Below are positions 38,073 through 50,843 of a stretch of DNA of 61,869 nucleotides, piece by piece. The stretch's first letter is position 1; each line of letters opens with the position of its first letter. The notes beneath the pieces were generated by a model. It made no database searches. It was not told the origin of the DNA and worked only from the letters and a program-made list of their open reading frames with translations. The translations under genes were made by a program, and so were the position numbers. The DNA is taken from assembly GCF_006345805.1 (NCBI RefSeq), contig NW_021835447.1:1-61869 (forward strand), written 5' to 3'. Source of the DNA: Octopus sinensis (Eukaryota).

Positions 38073-39110
38073 ATATATATATATATATATGTATGTATAT
38101 ATATACATTTTTATGTGTATATACACATTTATATATATCTATCCACACACATATATGTATATACATGTATATATATATGTGTATATATATGCATATATAT
38201 GTGTGTTTGTGTGTGTTTGTATGTATGTATGTATGTATGTATGTATGTATGTATGTATGTATGTGTACGTATGTATGTATTATGTATATGTATGCATGTA
38301 TTATACGTACGTATAGTTATCATAAACTGATACACAAAAAACAATCGTGTCGAGATGTTGAAGACCAAAGAAGCAAAACTACGTTAGTGTAATTTTTGCG
38401 AATTTTATTGACTAATTTTTACTGACGCAGACCATTGCTGGTTTCCTCGGACTTTAACGTTGATTCTTTGATCTTTTTTCTATGAGCTGAGATGCGATAT
38501 TAATCACTGGACAAATCCTTCTTATTTCATACACACCGAAGTAGTTCGAAAAAATCTCGCAATAAAGTAAAAGTGGTGGGGGATAAAAATATCAAAACTA
38601 AAAAAAAACAACAAAAAAAAAAAAACAATGATTAGACAAACAACAAAAGCTCCTGAAATATTCCGAAAATAGAAACAGATATTTAAACACTTTTGGATGA
38701 CCTGGAGGGAGGAGGGGTGCTATAAAGTCCTTTACCGAACATAAAATTCTCTATTGTTTTTTCTTCTACAAATCAAATTATGAGGAACCTATTCGTGCTT
38801 ACATCGCTAGAGGTGATGCTTAGTGTTAACATCAGAGGAAAGTACCGACTTTTATTTCATGACCTGAAACACACTTTTGCTTGTTCTATCAATCAATCTG
38901 TACAGTATAGTAAGTGTCGTATATAAAATTTGTGCTTTCCTTTGGTCTTATGAGAATAAATAGCCATCTAGCTATAATAGCCACTAGTAGTAAAAAAAAG
39001 TAAAAAAGAAAAAAATTAAACGTGCTCTTTGTAATTTATTTCTTTAAAAAATCTTTTAAAGTATTTTACTAGACAATGGGTCGAGTTTATCTTTTGTTCT
39101 TTCGTTCAGA

Positions 39111-39173
<63 letters not shown>

Positions 39174-39223
39174 ATCTACTATCTATCTACCTATCTATCT
39201 ATCTATCTATCGATCGATCTATC

Positions 39224-39258
<35 letters not shown>

Positions 39259-39299
39259 TATGTATGTGCACATACGCATGTATTAGATACACATCTCTC

Positions 39300-39339
<40 letters not shown>

Positions 39340-40374
39340 TCTCTGTATATCTATATCTATATATAATGTTGTATATATATACATTTTATGTGTATATACA
39401 CATTTATATATATCTATCCACACACATATATGTATATACATGGATATATATATGTGTGTAATATATGCATATATATGTGTGTTTGTGTGTGTTTGTATGT
39501 ATGTATGTATGTAGTATGTATGTTGTATGTATGTATGTAGTACGTATGTATGTATTAGTATATGTATGCATGTATTATACGTACGTATAGTTATCATAAA
39601 CTGATACCAAAAACCAATCGTGTCGAGATGTTGAAGAAGACCAAAGAAGCAAAACTACGTTAGTGTAATTTTTGCGAATTTTATTGACGCAGACCATTGC
39701 TGGTTTCCTCGGACTTTAACGTTGATTCTTTGATCTTTTTTCCTATGAGCTGAGATGCGATATTAATCACTGGACAAATCCATTCTTATTTCATACACAC
39801 CGAAGTAGTTCGAAAAATCTCGCAATAAAGTAAAAGTGGTGGGGGATAAAAATATCAAAACTAAAAAAAACAAACAAAAAAAAAAAAACAATGATTAGAC
39901 AAACAAAAAGCTCCTGAAATATTCCGAAAATAGAAACAGATATTTAAACACTTTTGGATGACCTGGAGGGAGGAGGGGTGCTATAAAGTCCTTTACCGAA
40001 CATAAAATTCTCTATTGTTTTTTCTTCTACAAATCAAATTATGAGGAACCTATTCGTTGCTTACATCGCTAGAGGTGATGCTTAGTGTTAACATCAGAGG
40101 AAAGTACCGACTTTTATTTCATGACCTGAAACACACTTTTGCTTGTTCTATCAATCAATCTGTACAGTATAGTAAGTGTCGTATATAAAATTTGTGCTTT
40201 CCTTTTGGTCTTATGAGAATAAATAGCCATCTAGCTATAATAGCCACTAGTAGTAAAAAAAAGTAAAAAAGAAAAAAATTAAACGTGCTCTTTGTAATTT
40301 AATTTCTTTAAAAAATCTTTTAAAGTATTTTACTAGACAATGGGTCGAGTTTATCTTTTGTTCTTTCGTTCAGA

Positions 40375-40440
<66 letters not shown>

Positions 40441-40492
40441 CTATCACCTATCTATCTACCTATCTATCTATCTATCTATCGATCGATCTATC

Positions 40493-40495
<3 letters not shown>
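37953..40495. repeat. ~1264-bp tandem duplication (two copies), possibly an assembly artefact
   Basis: CAATGGGTCGAG at 39074 and 40338; the ~800-bp non-repetitive core is near-identical, differing mostly by small indels. Confidence 0.93.
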
Positions 40496-40537
<42 letters not shown>

Positions 40538-40539
40538 CA

Positions 40540-40745
40540 ATATGTGACCGCATGTCTATCGTTAGCGATTTTCTTTCTCCGTCTTCCCTTCATTGGACCT
40601 TTCCTTTTTCTATGTTTCTGACGAAGAGCTCCGCTCGAAACGTTAAATCCTCCTTTTTTTTCCTTTTCTGAGCGTCGAATAACATTATACTTGTTCCATG
40701 TCTTCGCCTTGTTGTGTTTTCTCTTTGTTCATGTTTGGATTAACT
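40540..40745 (+). mobile_element. PLE pLTR-like repeat with a minimal hammerhead (GAGC/GCTC family)
   Basis: GTTT-CTGACGA(40618-24)-A-GAGC-TCC-GCTC-GAAA(40637-40)-CGT-T-AAAT; flanked by (TA)n on both sides. Confidence 0.75.
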
Positions 40746-40753
40746 ATATATAT

Positions 40754-40798
<45 letters not shown>

Positions 40799-40809
40799 TA
40801 TATATATAT

Positions 40810-41125
40810 ATAATATAACTGACAGTCCGTCGCGCTTACGACGACGAGGTTTCCAGTTGATCCAGTCAACTCGTGAGGTTAACGTGCAAGCGGCTGAGCA
40901 CTCCACAGACATGCGTACCCCTTCACATACTTCTCAGGGAGATTCATCGTGACACAGAATGTGACAAGGCTGGCCCCTTGAAATACAGGTACTATTCATT
41001 TTTGCCAGCTGAGTGAACTGGAGCAACATGAAATAAAGTGTCTTGATGAAGGACGCAAAGCGCTGCCAGCAATCGAACACGCGACCCTATGATCACGAGC
41101 CGAATACTCTAACCATGTGCCTTCA
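40810..41125 (-). mobile_element. SINE family C, tail type 2
   Basis: Family C core CAAGACACTTTATTTCATGTTGCTCCAGTTCACTCAGCTG with tail ending GGATCAACTGGAAACCTCGTCGTCGTAA. Confidence 0.8.
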
Positions 41126-41939
41126 TACGGATTTGAAGTGCTAAGCAGTGATTTATATAGATATCAACTAGTTACTAGTTCAACTATGTACTAGATATAT
41201 TCGAACCAGCAAGAAAACCATTCATTGCATTTTGTCATGGCGAAATTTATTCGCATTGTAGAAAAGCAGGTGTACACACACTACTTAACGCTCCTAATCC
41301 GTATTTCATTACGGCCTGGAACCCAGTTAGCGTCACCAGTCAAAGTATTTTGATTGAAATCTAATAAGAGAAACCTCATCTCTTAGTCAGTTCAGAGTTA
41401 CCTCATTTGCCAGTGTTCGAAGCTTATGAGAAGATAATTACTTCGAAATGCATGCATCCATCGAAATGACTTGGTGTGTTTACACTTATATACATATTTC
41501 TCCATAACAAAATTCTTGCAGGTTCGAATATGTCTCAAAAATATTGAACTCGTAACAAGTTTATATATATATATAAGAAGAAAAATCTCAAGAACAGATC
41601 AGAGTAGTAACTACTCTAACAAGTAAAGCTAATCGCCACATCAAAGTAGCCGTTCCATATTACTACTAGTTTAATCACAAGCAGATCTTCCGTCAGTTGG
41701 TTATCGGTGCGATGCTGCACCCTGTATATACAATATATATTGCTAGCAGGGGGAGGGAACTTCTAGCAGACAACAGGATTGTGAGACTGACTCAGTATTG
41801 AGCTAGTTGGCTCATCTTCAGTCGTGTGTACCAGGTCGCAAGAGCGATAGCTAGCCAGGGTCCGCTCCAGCCAGCAATATGTTGTAGATAAAGCGACTAT
41901 CGGTCACTGATTTTCAACAGTATATAAATATGTATATAT

Positions 41940-42150
41940 TCTGCTCTAGGCACAAGGCTCGAAATTTTGGGAGAGGGGGGGGCAGTCGATTAGATCAACC
42001 CCAGTACGCAGCTGGTACTTAATTTATCGACCCCGAAAGGATGAAGGCAAAGTCGACCTCGGCGGAATTTGAACTCAAAACATAAAGACAGACAAAATAC
42101 AGCTAAGCATTTCGTCCGGCGTGTTAATGTTTCTGCCAGCTCGCCACCTT
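41940..42150 (-). mobile_element. SINE family A, full length
   Basis: Reverse complement of the complete head-body-tail. Confidence 0.9.
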
Positions 42151-42175
42151 ATTTTTATTCATTTATTTCTCTCTC

Positions 42176-42220
<45 letters not shown>

Positions 42221-42311
42221 ATATATATATTAACCAATTCAGGAGAACAGGGATTTATATATCCAGGTTTTAATGCAGTGATTTACACCTTTTCATTTTG
42301 TACCTACATAC

Positions 42312-42362
42312 CTACATATGTTTCTGCGGCAAGTCCGTGCGTACTGCAAATTTTGCATCTGG
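42312..42362 (-). ncRNA. Degenerate hammerhead relic (ACATATGT family)
   Basis: Minus strand GAAA-CATATG-T-A identical to the pLTR HHR junction; core eroded to CAGATGC. Confidence 0.35.
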
Positions 42363-43089
42363 TGTGTAAAATAAGGACCAGACAGGCAATGGACTCAATC
42401 TAATCGACTTTTATCTCCGTCCCTTAAATTTCTGGCCTTGTGCTTTGACTGACTTAGAAATCTTGTAATTTAAAGTTAGCTCTAGTTCGATGGTCAGCCT
42501 TGATCCATTCTATCTAAGTTCAAAAACAACCAGCCATGACTATCGCTCCGTTTCTTTTTTTTTTTCTTAGGCACAGTGCATCTAGGATAAGATTATTTAA
42601 CGCGTCTCTTATTTTTTTTAAGGCAGCAGAGCGTGATTTGAGAGAGATTTGGGATATTCGGTTACTATTTCTAGCAATTCGTGCGATCAAAAGAGCCTTT
42701 CTTTTGCTTCAATGGCTTCCTGAGTATTGATTTCATTTTACATATGTATTTGAGATAAATAAATACATAACTAATCAGATTCCCCACCCTATCTAGTGTA
42801 CCAATGATACATTCGTTTATAAATCAATACTTAACAAGGGTAGGGAATAGCTGAAAATAGCGCAAGTTGTTGGAATGTGATTCGAACATGTATTTTTTTC
42901 CGCCACAAATCTTCGTGATTCAGCTACAATCAAGAAAAATCCGTCGTCGTCGGCGGCGTCGTTGCAGTCGTCGCCGTCTCTGCCACCGCTGCCACTGTCG
43001 TGTCGTTGTCACCGTTGTCATTGTCGTCGTCGTTGGTGGTGGCGGTGGTGGTGACGATGTTAGCCTCAGAGCAGCTCTGTTTGAGAATA

Positions 43090-43357
43090 CAGTAAATTTT
43101 CGACTATCGCGGGTGTTACGTTCCAAAAACCCCCGCGATAGTTGAAAATCCACGAAGTAGAAACAATACTGTACTGTATATATTTTGTTTATTCTTTTTA
43201 TAATTTGTATATATTTATTTTATCATAAATGCAAAACAACACCACGGAGGTATCGACGTAAGCTTAATTATAATAAACCGCGATAGGTGAACCGCGATAG
43301 GTGAACCACGATAGGTGAACCGCGAAAGGTGAACCGCGATATGGCGAGTGATTACTG
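43090..43357. mobile_element. Tigger/pogo-like MITE with internal 14-bp tandem repeats
   Basis: TIRs CAGTAAATTTTCGACTATCGCGG / CCGCGATATGGCGAGTGATTACTG; TA on the left; AACCGCGATAGGTG about 5 times at 43276-43340. Confidence 0.75.
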
Positions 43358-43359
43358 AT

Positions 43360-43665
43360 GATCAAAGGTGTCCAAGCCCTTCCGTGTCTCAGCGTCACTT
43401 ACATACCGGCTAATGTGCCATTTATGCGGTAGTGAGTGACACTGAGATACAGAACTGCATGCTTACAGAATCAGGTGACCATAAAGAGACACCCTCGTTG
43501 GCTCGTGTGTGGTAAATAGAGTATACAGGGAGCTTAAACCCTGTTTTCACAGCAATAAGATGTTAGGAGGCAGAGCAAATCTTTCACTCTAAATTGGAAA
43601 GACAGTGGACAACAGGTTTTGGTCGTGGGAGGATTCGAACCCAGCACTCGAACCTATGACCAAAC
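43360..43665 (-). mobile_element. Possible further tRNA-derived SINE
   Basis: Minus-strand GGGTTCGAATCC B box near 43630; single copy in this window. Confidence 0.35.
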
Positions 43666-43724
43666 ACTATTCTATTATCAAGACATCCCGCTCTTTACAG
43701 ATGATGAACTGAAACAATCAATTT

Positions 43725-44465
43725 AAGAATATTACATTTCCAGCCCGAGAGACTTGACGAGACAAAAGGTAATTAAATGTCTTTACCGAAGACTTAACAG
43801 CAAACACCGTGGCAAAGTTGGTAATCTACCGATGAACCGAGATTGCGTACAAAGTTCGCATATCGCTCGTAGCTACATCATATATTCTGCTAATTCCTTT
43901 AGGATTAGATTAAATGTCACGACTCTCAATCTTTTCCATTTATTGGTGGACACTTTTGAATACGAAAGTTCAAACAGTTGACTTGTTAATCTTGTTAATA
44001 TGTCGGATAAATACCCCAATCCTATCCTTATTTTTAACTAAGCTATACAGCACAACTTCAGTGACATGATACGAACCTTCAACCCTTCATCCAGTAACAG
44101 TCTGATATCCTAACGACTCAACAGAAGTCAATCAAATCTCTAGCTGGCGGTACATACTACTCTCCTTGATTGAATATCTGACCTTCAACTTACTATTTCT
44201 TTAGAGAATTGCCACGAAGAAAAGAATACCGAAATACTGACTATGGTTCCATTAATCCGAAATAATATCATAAGCGATTACAACGCTGCAGTTAAGTTAA
44301 TGCAGGCCATATAGATCTAACTATATTGAGGTTACGCTCTGTATTATTGTATATCTCCCTTATCAGTACGCCGTGTATTTTCTTTAAATAGCTAATAACA
44401 GGATAGAAAAATATTATAAAGCTTGAGCTTACCAAACTAAATATGATGATATGATTAGGCCCAGC
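43725..44465 (-). mobile_element. Heavily degraded CR1/L2-like LINE RT 3' region
   Basis: Scattered GS*AGP..IIF, RDLI, MEKIES..PKGI..R*ITNF.TVF fragments in the expected order. Confidence 0.45.
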
Positions 44466-44759
44466 TTAACTTCCAACAATTTCTTGATGTCTTCTTTCCT
44501 TCTATTTACTTTTCTATTAGTTTTAAATATATTTGTTATTTTTTTTTATCTTATTTTCTCTAAGTTACTGGTATTTTCAATTCCAAAAATGGCTTTCTAT
44601 ATTTATTTGTTCTCGTTCTTTGATTATTTATCTATTTATTGATTTTATCATTTCAAATGGAAAAGGTATTATTATCATATCTAAATATATCGATTGTTCA
44701 CAGGTAATCCATTGGATTAGGTTATATCCATACCGCAGAGTTATATATATATGTATATG

Positions 44760-44799
<40 letters not shown>

Positions 44800-44889
44800 C
44801 ATACATATGTATGTATGTAGTATATATACATATATACATATGTAATATATACTCATAGGCACATAAGTACATATATACGTACATGTATA

Positions 44890-44937
<48 letters not shown>

Positions 44938-44938
<1 letters not shown>

Positions 44939-45150
44939 ATTTTAGCATAAGGCCAATAATTTGCGGGACGGGGGCAGGCAAGTCGATTACATCGACCCCC
45001 TAGCACTTAACTGGTACTTATTTTATCGATCTCGAAGGGATGAAAGGCAAAGTCAACCTCGGCGGAATTTAAAGTGAACGTAATGATGGACGAAATGTCG
45101 TAAGGCACTTCGACCGGCGAGCTAACGATTCTGCCAGCACACCGCCTTGT
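44938..45150 (-). mobile_element. SINE family A
   Basis: Reverse complement of head-body-tail. Confidence 0.85.
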
Positions 45151-45955
45151 ATACATTTACATATATTACACACAAGTGTGTGTTTATTATACACTCGAAG
45201 GAGAATGTACCCAATACATGACACAGTGTTTATAATTTAGTGTTTATATTTAGTTAGATTTAGTTCGTGATTCATTCCGTTACTACCCAGAATTTCACAT
45301 CTCGTAAGTTGAAACAGGTAACACTGAATGCCCGTAGCTCGGAGCTTTAAATATCAACGGAGTGAATACTTAACTAAGATATGTGCGTGTGAGTGTGTGT
45401 ACATTTTTAGGATTCGAAAAAAATTGGCTATATAAATAATAAAAGCACCAGGGTAGAATCGTGGATAGCGCACCTGTGTACTGACAATGTATACTAATAT
45501 ATATGTACTTACTAAAGTAAATACGGATTTGTCCTTCCAGTTATGCACACATTGACAAGTAACTGATTGAATACACAACGTGTCATCAAAGTCGTACAGG
45601 GGTACAATCATTGCACGTATTCCACCGTCGGCTACAGACTCCAGATTCGAACGTATGGAAGGTTCTAAGTTAGGTGAAGAATACATAATAACACAGATGG
45701 GTTGCATTTCACTACAGCTGGTTTCATAGTGTCCTTTTTTGCTGAACAAAAGTGTTGCATCATGTGAAAAAAAAGAAACGTCTTTATCAGGTAATACAGG
45801 TAAGAATTAACAATTAGATCTCACAAATCAGAACATAATGCCAGATGACACAACCGACGTGATTTCGACAGGAGAGTGAGTAGTGTATATATATATATAT
45901 ATATATATATAAATGAAAGAATGGGGTTGAACGACGATTTAACAAAATTCCTTTA

Positions 45956-46038
45956 TTCTCGACATATATTTCGAAGGCTGCATATTCCTAATTTCGAAGG
46001 AATAAGGGGTGCATTATGCCGCCTTCTCATCAGGAAAA
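45956..46038 (-). ncRNA. Canonical type I hammerhead ribozyme (mirror copy)
   Basis: Core at 46033-46027, same stems, stem III ATATATGT (one U.G wobble), GTC with C17 at 45961. Confidence 0.8.
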
Positions 46039-46047
46039 ACAAGCAAC

Positions 46048-46131
46048 TTTTCCTGATGAGAAGGCGGCATAATGCACACCCTTATTCCTTCGAAATTATG
46101 AATATGCAGCCTTCGAAACATATGTCGAGAA
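46048..46131 (+). ncRNA. Canonical type I hammerhead ribozyme
   Basis: Stem I TTTTC/GAGAA; core CTGATGA 46053-59; stem II GAAGGCgGCATA/TATGCaGCCTTC; GAAA 46115-18; palindromic stem III ACATATGT; GTC triplet with C17 at 46126. Confidence 0.85.
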
Positions 46132-46326
46132 TAAAGGAATTTTGTTAAATCGTCGTTCAACCCCATTCTTTCATTTATTTGTATTAAAAAAACACACAAA
46201 TTTCCACACGAAAGCACGTGAACTCTGCCCTTGGCATGTAGCTTCAACGTGTGTTTCTGACGTGAATTTGCTACCCAGGTATCGGTTAACCGAATTATCC
46301 ATAATAAGATAATTCAATCAACTACT

Positions 46327-46360
<34 letters not shown>

Positions 46361-47247
46361 TATCTATTATATATATATATATTATATATATATATATATA
46401 TATAATACAGCAAAAGAAGGGATGCATTTCCACGCAGGAAAAAATATAGGCAAATTTATTGTTGAAAATGTACTTAAATTTGAAAAACTTGTAATTGTTT
46501 GAAAATAAATTTATTTACATTCATCCCTAACTAGTTTCAACAATATTTTTTGTTTATCAATGGTAAAAATTTAGAATTATGAATTAGAAAAATATGTTTA
46601 AATGTTTCGATGCTAACAAGTTTAAATATTGCTAACAAGTTTAATTATGAATTAAAAACACATGTTTAAAAGTTTTAATGTTGACAAGATTAAATGTTCA
46701 TAACAGCCAATAATATAAAAACTGTTGATCAACTTGTTTAAATGTACAAAATTAAATAGCGTTAGTAGTGGTCGACAAGAAATGAATATCATCAAAGTTT
46801 CAGTCATACTGAGTTAAGAGGGAGAAAAACAATGGAGAAATGAAGATAGCAAAAACAAAGGGGATTTGGTTTACAGTTTCTGTGATTCTTTTTCCGTCGT
46901 ATGCAGGAACTTTCGCTTGTAACGTTGTGTTTTGGAATCCTATGTATTTATAATTTTTTCCGCGAACGGATATGATTCGTTAAAGTACTGGTGACGTCTT
47001 ATTTTTCTGGTGGTCAAGTTTGTTGTTCTGCCTGGCTTCCCTGTCAGGAACGGTCGTCAGCCATTCTAGTTGGTTGATTCTCTTAAAGGGTCATTTTTTT
47101 GTATTTGCTGTAGTTCAGTTTCGATTGGTAACATTTCATTGGTCTAGAGTTAGGTAACGTCGACAACTGGTATTTGTATGGTTGTATTGTATGGTGATTT
47201 GGAGCTGGAGGACTGTTACTAGAATTTTTTTTAAATGTCTGTTGTAC

Positions 47248-48445
47248 TTAGTTGGGGGTTTTTTGTGGAGAAATTGAGTCTTTTTCCCTTTTTCTCTTTA
47301 GTGTTTTTTCTTCGTTTAATAGGATGTTAAGCTGTGGTTTATATTTTTTAATGAGTATGCTTTCCTTATTTAACGGAATTGGGTTGAAGTGTTCCCGGCG
47401 CATTGATAGAGAGAGAAGATTTGGTATTTCGGGTTTATGTTTACGGCACATCGGTCTAGGTGTTTGATTACGGGAATTTTCCTGGTCCTGGGGTCCCAGA
47501 TTTGTTGCCTGTACACCGTTAGTCTGTCCCTCAAGGTTAAACTAGTTTGACCTATGTAGTCTCCACCACAATCTCTACATTTGAGAACATAGGTTAAGCT
47601 CTTCGAAACACAGGAGAAGTGATTTTTTATGGTAAATGATTGACCTTCCTTAAATTTGTATGCTGAGCCCTCTAAGAGGAAGGTGCAAGTTCCGCAGTTA
47701 GGGCGGTTGCACTTTTTGACTAGTGGAGTTGTATTTTTGGTGGGTAATTTGGTGCTGATGAGTAACCTTTTTATGTATTGCGGTTGTCTCTTGCTTTTAA
47801 TAATCCTATGTATTTCCAGTGCCTTTTTCATTCGCAGGTCTTTCATAAGGAGAGGTATGTTTTGGTGGAATGTTGTATGCTTCCATGTTCCTCGGATTGT
47901 GTGTTGATGTGTAGTATAAAGTTTTAAGTGCATCATGGTATTTTCGTGTTTTTCGTAACTCGTGGATGTCTATTATTTTTGCACATTCTATTCCATTTTT
48001 GTTTAGGTTGGCCAGGTATTTTCTATCTAGTGATGTATTTTTAAGTTCTTGGAGTAGCTTTCCTTGAGTTTCGGGATTTGATGCAATCGTGCAAATTATT
48101 CTTACTAAGTTGTACGCTATATTTATTTTAGTATATTTTGGGTGGCAGGAGGAGAATAGAAGATATTGTTTTGAGTCCGTTGGTCTGAAGAAGATATCGG
48201 TTTTAATTTCGGTATCTTCTTTTATGATTAAGATGCCCATGAAGGGTAGTTGTTGGTGGTTGTATTCAATTGTGAACTGGATACTGTGGGTAATGCTTTT
48301 GATTAAGTATTTAAATTTTGAGAGTTATTCAAGGTTATGTGGCCACAGAATGAAACAGGTAGCGTTTCCAGTTGGTGAGTAAGTATTTTTGGAAGTTGTC
48401 TCCAAATTTCAGTCTAGCGTGGTCGTATATTTGGATGTCCAAGGC
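47248..48445 (-). mobile_element. Penelope-like element: RT C-terminal half plus GIY-YIG endonuclease (pseudogene)
   Basis: WKRYL-[DD missing]-FILW..IQFTIE..LPFMGI..TDIFFRPTDSKQYL..SCHP; CNRPNCGTC..FSC.SK.LTYVLKCRDCGGDYIGQT..L.DR; KESILIKKYKPQLN. Confidence 0.93.
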
Positions 48446-48519
48446 TGGCAAACGTAGGGGCTACCTTCGTTCTCATATCATTGGTCTAGAACATTGCCTA
48501 TTCATTATACTCCTACTCT

Positions 48520-48720
48520 TTCTCTTTTACTCTTTTACTTGTTTCAGTCATTTGACTGCGGCCATGCTGGAGCACCGCCTTTAGTCGAGCAAATCAACCC
48601 CGGGACTTATTCTTTGTAAGCCCAGTACTTATTCTATCGGTCTCTTTTGCCGAACCGCTAAGTGACGGGGACATAAACACACCAGCATCGGTTGTCAAGC
48701 AATGCTAGAGGGACAAATAT
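48520..48720 (-). mobile_element. SINE family B 3' half
   Basis: TCTTTTACTTGTTTCAGTCATTTGACTGCGGCCATGCTGGAGCACC..GCATCGGTTGTCAAGC. Confidence 0.9.
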
Positions 48721-49049
48721 AGACACATATATATAATAATATATATATATATGTGAAAAAGAAGAACGAAAATGCTACTTTCTTAAAATTGGGGACATTT
48801 TAATTTTCCTTTAAATAAATATATTAAAAGAAGAATGTTTTGGTTTTGTTTTACATGTTTCGGTTTTTCAAAAACCTTATCAAAGATATGTACTAAAATG
48901 GAATATGTAGAGAGAAAAAAGAGCTATCAATAAAATTAAATTCAAATTAAAATTAGCATTCATAGTTTACTTTCCTTTTTCTGTAGGAGCACGTGGTAAT
49001 TTCCGTTAATTTTCGTGGCATGACAAGTTGAACTGCCTGTGACCGTAAA

Positions 49050-49500
49050 TTACTACTATCTGAAGGAGTCAGTGATATGATAGGGTCGATGATGGGTGCC
49101 TGTGAGGATGGTGGTGTTGGAGAGGTAGGGGAAAGTGCATCAGCGTGGGCAGGACCAAGGGGATGAGCTGGGTTGGGTGGTGAGGTTAGGGAAGAAACTG
49201 TGGGCCAGGAGATCACGTAGGTTGTGAGCTCGTTTGAAGGAGGGAGGGGTAGGTTAAGGAAGATATGCAAAGTGGAGGAGTCAGACTGAAGTCACCGGAA
49301 AGCTCGGAGAATGGTACGTTGCAGAGGCAGGTTGGAGGGGGTGGTAGGCGAGGGGAAACTGGAGACGGGTGACGGCGGGGTGGTCGCGGGAAGAGAGAGC
49401 AGATGCACGGTCCACGGAACGTGCTCTGGCAGGGGCGGTGTAAATTAGGGGTGAGGGGATATCAATGAAGGATGAAGTGGTGAACCATGAGTTGAGAGAC
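49050..49500 (-). mobile_element. PLE relic (RT-EN linker) of a different lineage
   Basis: LAYHPSNLPLQRTILRAFR*LQSDSSTLHIF / FKRAHNLRDLLAHS..SCPR*CTFPY..YHITDSF. Confidence 0.75.
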
Positions 49501-49624
49501 ACACACAAACCACACAAAGAGCTATTCATACAAAGAAGTATATATATATATACATACATGCATGTGTATAAATAGATATATGCAGAACTTCGTGTATATA
49601 TGTGTGTGTGTGTTTATGTATGTG

Positions 49625-49975
49625 AAGGCGCATGGCTCAGTGGTTAGAGCGTCGAGCTTACGATCGTGAGGTTGTGAGTTCGATTCCTGCGTGTTGTGTT
49701 CTTGAGCAAGACACTTATTTCACGCTGCTCCAGTTTATTCAGCTGTAGAAATGAGTTGCGAGGTCACTGGTGCCAAGCTGTATCGTCCTTTGACCTTTCC
49801 CTTGGATAACATCGGTGGCATGGAGAGGGAATGCCGGTATGCATGGCCAACTGCTGATCTTCCATAAGAACGACCCTAGAGTGTGCGCTCGCCGGTGATG
49901 CAACTTTCCGTTCAGACTTGTACCTCGGAGGGGAACCTCTTTGGTGCACCTATGGTCATTTGTGGCCGGCGGAGT
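49625..49975 (+). mobile_element. SINE family C, tail type 1
   Basis: Near-identical head to 1921-2203. Confidence 0.9.
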
Positions 49976-49989
49976 CGAGTTATGTATTC

Positions 49990-50480
49990 GCTGACAATGC
50001 AGATATCGACATCTTCGTGATCGCTTTTCTGCAAGAAATAGAAGTCTAATCTCCATGAAAATACTTCCACCGCTTTTGAAAAACATGAATCTTTGAGCAT
50101 TATCTGATTTCTTTATTTCTAGCGTATGAAAGGCCCTTCTTAAGGTGTCCTAATGTAGATAGTATTCTGTATTTAAAGAGTTAAAGATATCTTGAGCCTG
50201 TCTAGTTAAATTACGTAATTCTTCATTCCTAATGTTCTGTGTATGCAAGTTACAACGACATCTTAAAGAGCAAAAAATAGATGCAATATAGTAACGGCTA
50301 TCGCTTGCAGAAATGATGCTATACCTGTAGATAACATCGCGTATCAAACAGTTGCCTCTATGGGGGCAAGTAGACGTCGTTCTAAAATTACAGTTTAAGA
50401 CGTTCTGCTGAATGTGATCGAGTTCATAAGGATCCGAAGTTTTATGGTTATCTTTTGCTTCTCTACCACTGAAACTGTTA
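49990..50480 (-). mobile_element. PLE GIY-YIG endonuclease relic
   Basis: LNCNFRTTSTCPHRGNCLIRDVIYRYSIISASDSRYYIAS..LR.RCNLHTQNIRNEELRN. Confidence 0.75.
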
Positions 50481-50554
50481 TTGCATCTAAAGTAAATATT
50501 ATGTATTTTATGATGTCATAATAAAACATTTGCAACCGTGTCTCCTGCATATAT

Positions 50555-50793
50555 ATTCATGTGTATGTATATATACATATATATGTATATACATATATAT
50601 TTTTTTTTTTCTAGTTTCAGCTCAGAGCTGCGGCCATGCTGATGATATGTATATATTATGTATATATATATATGTATATATATATATGTATATATTATGT
50701 GCATATATATATATATATATTATATATATATTATAATATATTATATATATATATATATATATAGTATATATATATACATACATATATATATAC

Positions 50794-50843
<50 letters not shown>

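Larger units (their letters stand above)
45910..46177. mobile_element. 268-bp near-perfect foldback made of two inverted hammerhead-bearing pLTR copies
   Basis: Arms 45910-46038 and 46048-46177 (2 substitutions, 1 indel), 9-nt loop ACAAGCAAC, abuts (TA)n on the left. Confidence 0.92.

Noticed and set aside
41700-41930. Possible solo LTR ending in TCAACA
   Set aside because: No clear TG start, no TSD and no second copy
42940-43060. Poly-Arg/Val/Gly ORFs
   Set aside because: (CGT)n/(GGT)n trinucleotide repeats
43276-43340. 14-bp direct repeats, and the regular SINE arrays at 14451 and 26750, as CRISPR-like arrays
   Set aside because: No unique spacers, eukaryotic context and no cas genes; explained by MITE and SINE structure
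47030-47065. Minus-strand CTGACGA..GG-GAAG downstream of the PLE ORF
   Set aside because: Only a 2-bp stem II, GAAG instead of GAAA, and no stem III or stem I
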